From: Catajapyx aquilonaris
Lineage: Eukaryota
NCBI GenBank assembly: GCA_000934665.2
Contig: JYFJ02004038.1
Span: 1-35,402 of the forward strand
Direction: 5' to 3'
DNA: 35,402 nucleotides
Both the position numbers and the translations under genes were made by a program. Positions 32,526 through 35,402 of the stretch are shown here, in pieces (position 1 is the stretch's first letter; each line of letters opens with the position of its first letter). A model generated the notes under the pieces. That model had not been told where the DNA came from. It did no database searches and was given only the letters and a program-made list of their open reading frames with translations.

Positions 32526-32877
32526 ATTAATAATATATTAATAATAATTGTTGGGGTAGTGCTCACCCAGAGGGTATTCACATGGACCTTTATTTTTCAA
32601 TCGAACAGTATACATTGTAGAACCATATTCGAAGCGCCCGGGCCCACGGGCAGGATGACAGGAGGGGATGGGCAAGTGCAGTGCGGTAATGGTGCTTGAT
32701 GGTCGTTTTGTGAACTCCCCCGGGTGGTTTAGTCTGTGGATATACCACCCGAGACGAAGCCAGAGATGACCCCAGAACTCTGCACGAGATGAAGGGGGTG
32801 TCCCCGGGCTGGGATCTAACCCGGGACCTTAACATCCGTGGGCGCGCACGTTACCGCAGCGCCACTCCGTCTCCCCT
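32526..32877 (-). mobile_element. Full-length tRNA-derived SINE (family 2)
   Basis: The minus strand begins GGGGAGACGGAG, with A box TGGCGCTGCGG, B box GGTTAGATCCC and a (TTA)n-like tail. 12-bp TSD tctatcaatgta (32514-32525 and 32878-32889). Confidence 0.88.
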
Positions 32878-34434
32878 TCTATCAATGTACATAAATTACT
32901 ATTACTTTTTGGATAGATTACTGTGAAATAATTATCTTGAGTATTGAAATCTTGAATTGAATTGAAATCTAGTGAATTGGTGCACATGGAAGACATGAGG
33001 TGTCCAAGCGGCAGGGGATTCATTTATCGAAACTGTCATCTATTAGGTTTTCAAATGCTGTGGTTTTAGCTAGCATCTGTATCAGAAAAATATTTCATTT
33101 GTTCAGAAGTACTGTTGGCATGTTGGCACTTAACAAGTGAGGGTTTTGCACATGGAGAGAATGCAGCTTCGATTCTTCTGACTAACAAACATGTGGCAGG
33201 TACAGAAGTCAAATAATTAATTAAAGGGGCACTTCATTCAATTTACAAGTTGGATTTTAAGGGTACAACTGTTTAAATCAAAACTGAATGAAGCGGAATA
33301 TAACTGAATGATAATAATCACTTTTTGCAAGGAACCATGTTGTAGCTGTGTTGTTGCAGCATAGGCCTACCTCTGTTTTAGCTGGAATTATAAACTCGTA
33401 AAATGATTTTTTTTTTTCTTCCAGATATCGTACAGAAACTGAAACACAATGACCAGATGCGCAGTCAGGAACGACAGAAAGCCAGTAATAGGATGCGAGA
33501 AAACTCACTGCCACTTGAGAGAGGCACCAATAATATTAGTGCTTCTGGTTGTAAGTGACATTATTGCACATATCTTCTGAATGGTTTTTCTCCCTCTAAT
33601 GTCTTCCACTGGACTTATTTCTGTACCCAAAGGGAAAGCAGTCTCATAAATACAATGTATATATGCATTAGCTGAAATCTGGATTGTTACTGACATAAAT
33701 GCCACATATATTCTACATAAAGCCTCCATAATCCCTCAAAAAATCCAGGTTAAGCATTTTAAAATTGTACACCTAAACAAGTAGTTGTCACAATGGCAGC
33801 TGCTTCATCATCTGCCAAAATACACAATTATGTTCTCATTGCAGGTCTTGACTTTTGCATAGCCATAGGGATCTTACAAGTTAGTGTGACATGAATTAGT
33901 AATTGCTTCGTAGTTTTGGCCATGTGAATGTAACGTAACGGCCTAGACAGGTCATTACGTGGATAAAAGATAGTAGCATCTAGGATGCCACCAACATGTC
34001 CCAATGTTTTTTTGTGTGTTCAGTTGCCCTACATCATACATCAAGTACTGATGTCCATCCTTTTCATTTATCCCAACACCAAAACCACCATTACCTTATG
34101 GACTAAATAATTATTGGGTTCAAATTACAACACTGCCTCCTTTGTTTACATTATGCACCTGGGACTATCTCTGAAATTTTTATGCACCTACTGTATATGG
34201 GTATGAATGTGATGTGCAATGTGACATACTTGCATAATACCTTCGCTTAGACTCTTAGAGGCAGGGCCCTTATTTTATTACACCTCACATTAATTGTTGT
34301 CACACCAGATGACGGTGTATTCTGCTCTGTTGTACTGCAAAGCATGATAAGGCCGTGCTTTTGGATAACTCAAAACTATGACTCTACAGATACATGACAT
34401 AGACATACCCCCCCCCCCTCCCCACCTTGATGTA

Positions 34435-34820
34435 CAGGACCAGTCATAAAGAATGGGACGACTTTATGGACAAAATGTTTATCCTGTTCCCAACCCCTTG
34501 GTCACTAGCATGTTTTAGGGGTCATGAGGAAGGCCAGGAAAAGGGAATTAAAATCAAGAAAAAAAGAGAAGAAAAATACAAGGCAAAGTAAGAAAATTTT
34601 AGGGGGGAAATTCATCTCAAATCTATGTAAGCATTGTACCTGGTAGAACATTTTGGTAATCAATTGTTTTGGAAATAATCAGGATGGGGTCGTACGGGTC
34701 GCCAGAGGTCGAGGACAAGTTGTACATAGGGCCGTGAAGAAATCAAGTTGGGAATAATGCTGGATAGTCAGGATAAACATTTCGTACATGGAGTTGTACC
34801 ATTCTTTATGAGCGGGACTG
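34435..34820. mobile_element. Tc1/mariner-type MITE, copy 2 (uninterrupted)
   Basis: ta|CAGGACCAGTCATAAAGAATGG ... CCATTCTTTATGAGCGGGACTG|ta. Reverse-orientation homolog of 15399-15958, lacking the retro-insert. Confidence 0.85.
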
Positions 34821-34960
34821 TACATTCAAGTACAAGTGAAGACACCTCCACCCCTTGGCCTCTCCCATTTTCTGTCGACTTAATTTACAGATGACCTGAA
34901 ATAAGGTACCATGGGTAGTACTCTAAAATCTAAATCATGAAGTGTATATGATCATAAGTT

Positions 34961-35273
34961 GGGGAGGCCTGGTGGCCAAGATGGTAATGTCTCGGCTTGC
35001 TGTGCAAAAGGTCCTGGGTTCGAACCCTGCCCGGGAGTTCCCTTTCGCCTGCGTCAAGAGGGTCTCTGACCCACCATGGAGGCGTCTGGCAACCTAACCT
35101 CCAGGGAGACTGCACATGACCCCAGTATTACGGCATTACACCTGCACCATTGTCTCCTCCCCAGAAATCCCCATCCCTACCTCATGTCCTTTCTTCCTTG
35201 CACCGGTGATGAAGAAAAAATCAGAAAAATAGATTTTAAAAAAAAACAGTGGTATTCCACCCCCCTCAAAGGG
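34961..35273 (+). mobile_element. tRNA-derived SINE family 1, second copy (no A-tail or TSD recognised)
   Basis: Colinear with 21521-21820, sharing ggaggcgtctggcaacctaacctccagggagactgcacatgacccc. A box TGGCCAAGATGG and B box GGTTCGAACCC. Confidence 0.88.
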
Positions 35274-35402
35274 CCCCCAAGGCCCTATCACAGGGTATTA
35301 ACTTCTAACATATATACAGGGTGATCCAACTCTGTGGCACCAACAGTTATTGGAAAAATCAACAAGCTGCTTGTTTATAAGCAGGTCGTTGCTAAGAGAT
35401 CA

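Overview
Eukaryotic, AT-rich genomic DNA with GT-AG introns, most likely from an arthropod-like invertebrate (inferred from the Lgl protein motifs). (1) The + strand carries the 3' part of a lethal(2) giant larvae (Lgl/LLGL) gene. I reconstructed 13 phase-consistent coding exons from 1052 to 24045 (2370 nt, 789 aa plus stop); the 5' exons lie upstream of the window. They include the aPKC-phosphorylated polybasic motif SRRKSFKKSLRESFRRLRKGRS. (2) A convergent NUDT8-like CoA-diphosphatase (Nudix) gene lies on the - strand with a single coding exon, 26268-26990. (3) Introns and intergenic DNA are dense with MITEs (TA-, TWA- and TTAA-flanked), tRNA-derived SINEs, a non-LTR 3' fragment, near-perfect palindromes and a rearranged mariner relic. 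I found no evidence for a wholly new multi-gene system. The best leads are a frame-preserving, highly acidic cassette exon right after the Lgl polybasic domain; several alternative Lgl C-termini including a 5/9-nt microexon candidate; a MITE whose target-site duplication is the NUDT8 stop codon; probable overlapping Lgl/NUDT8 3' UTRs; and a mariner whose D34D spacing reappears when an internal inversion is undone. All splice models are inferred by eye without transcript data, and family assignments rest on remembered motifs rather than database searches.
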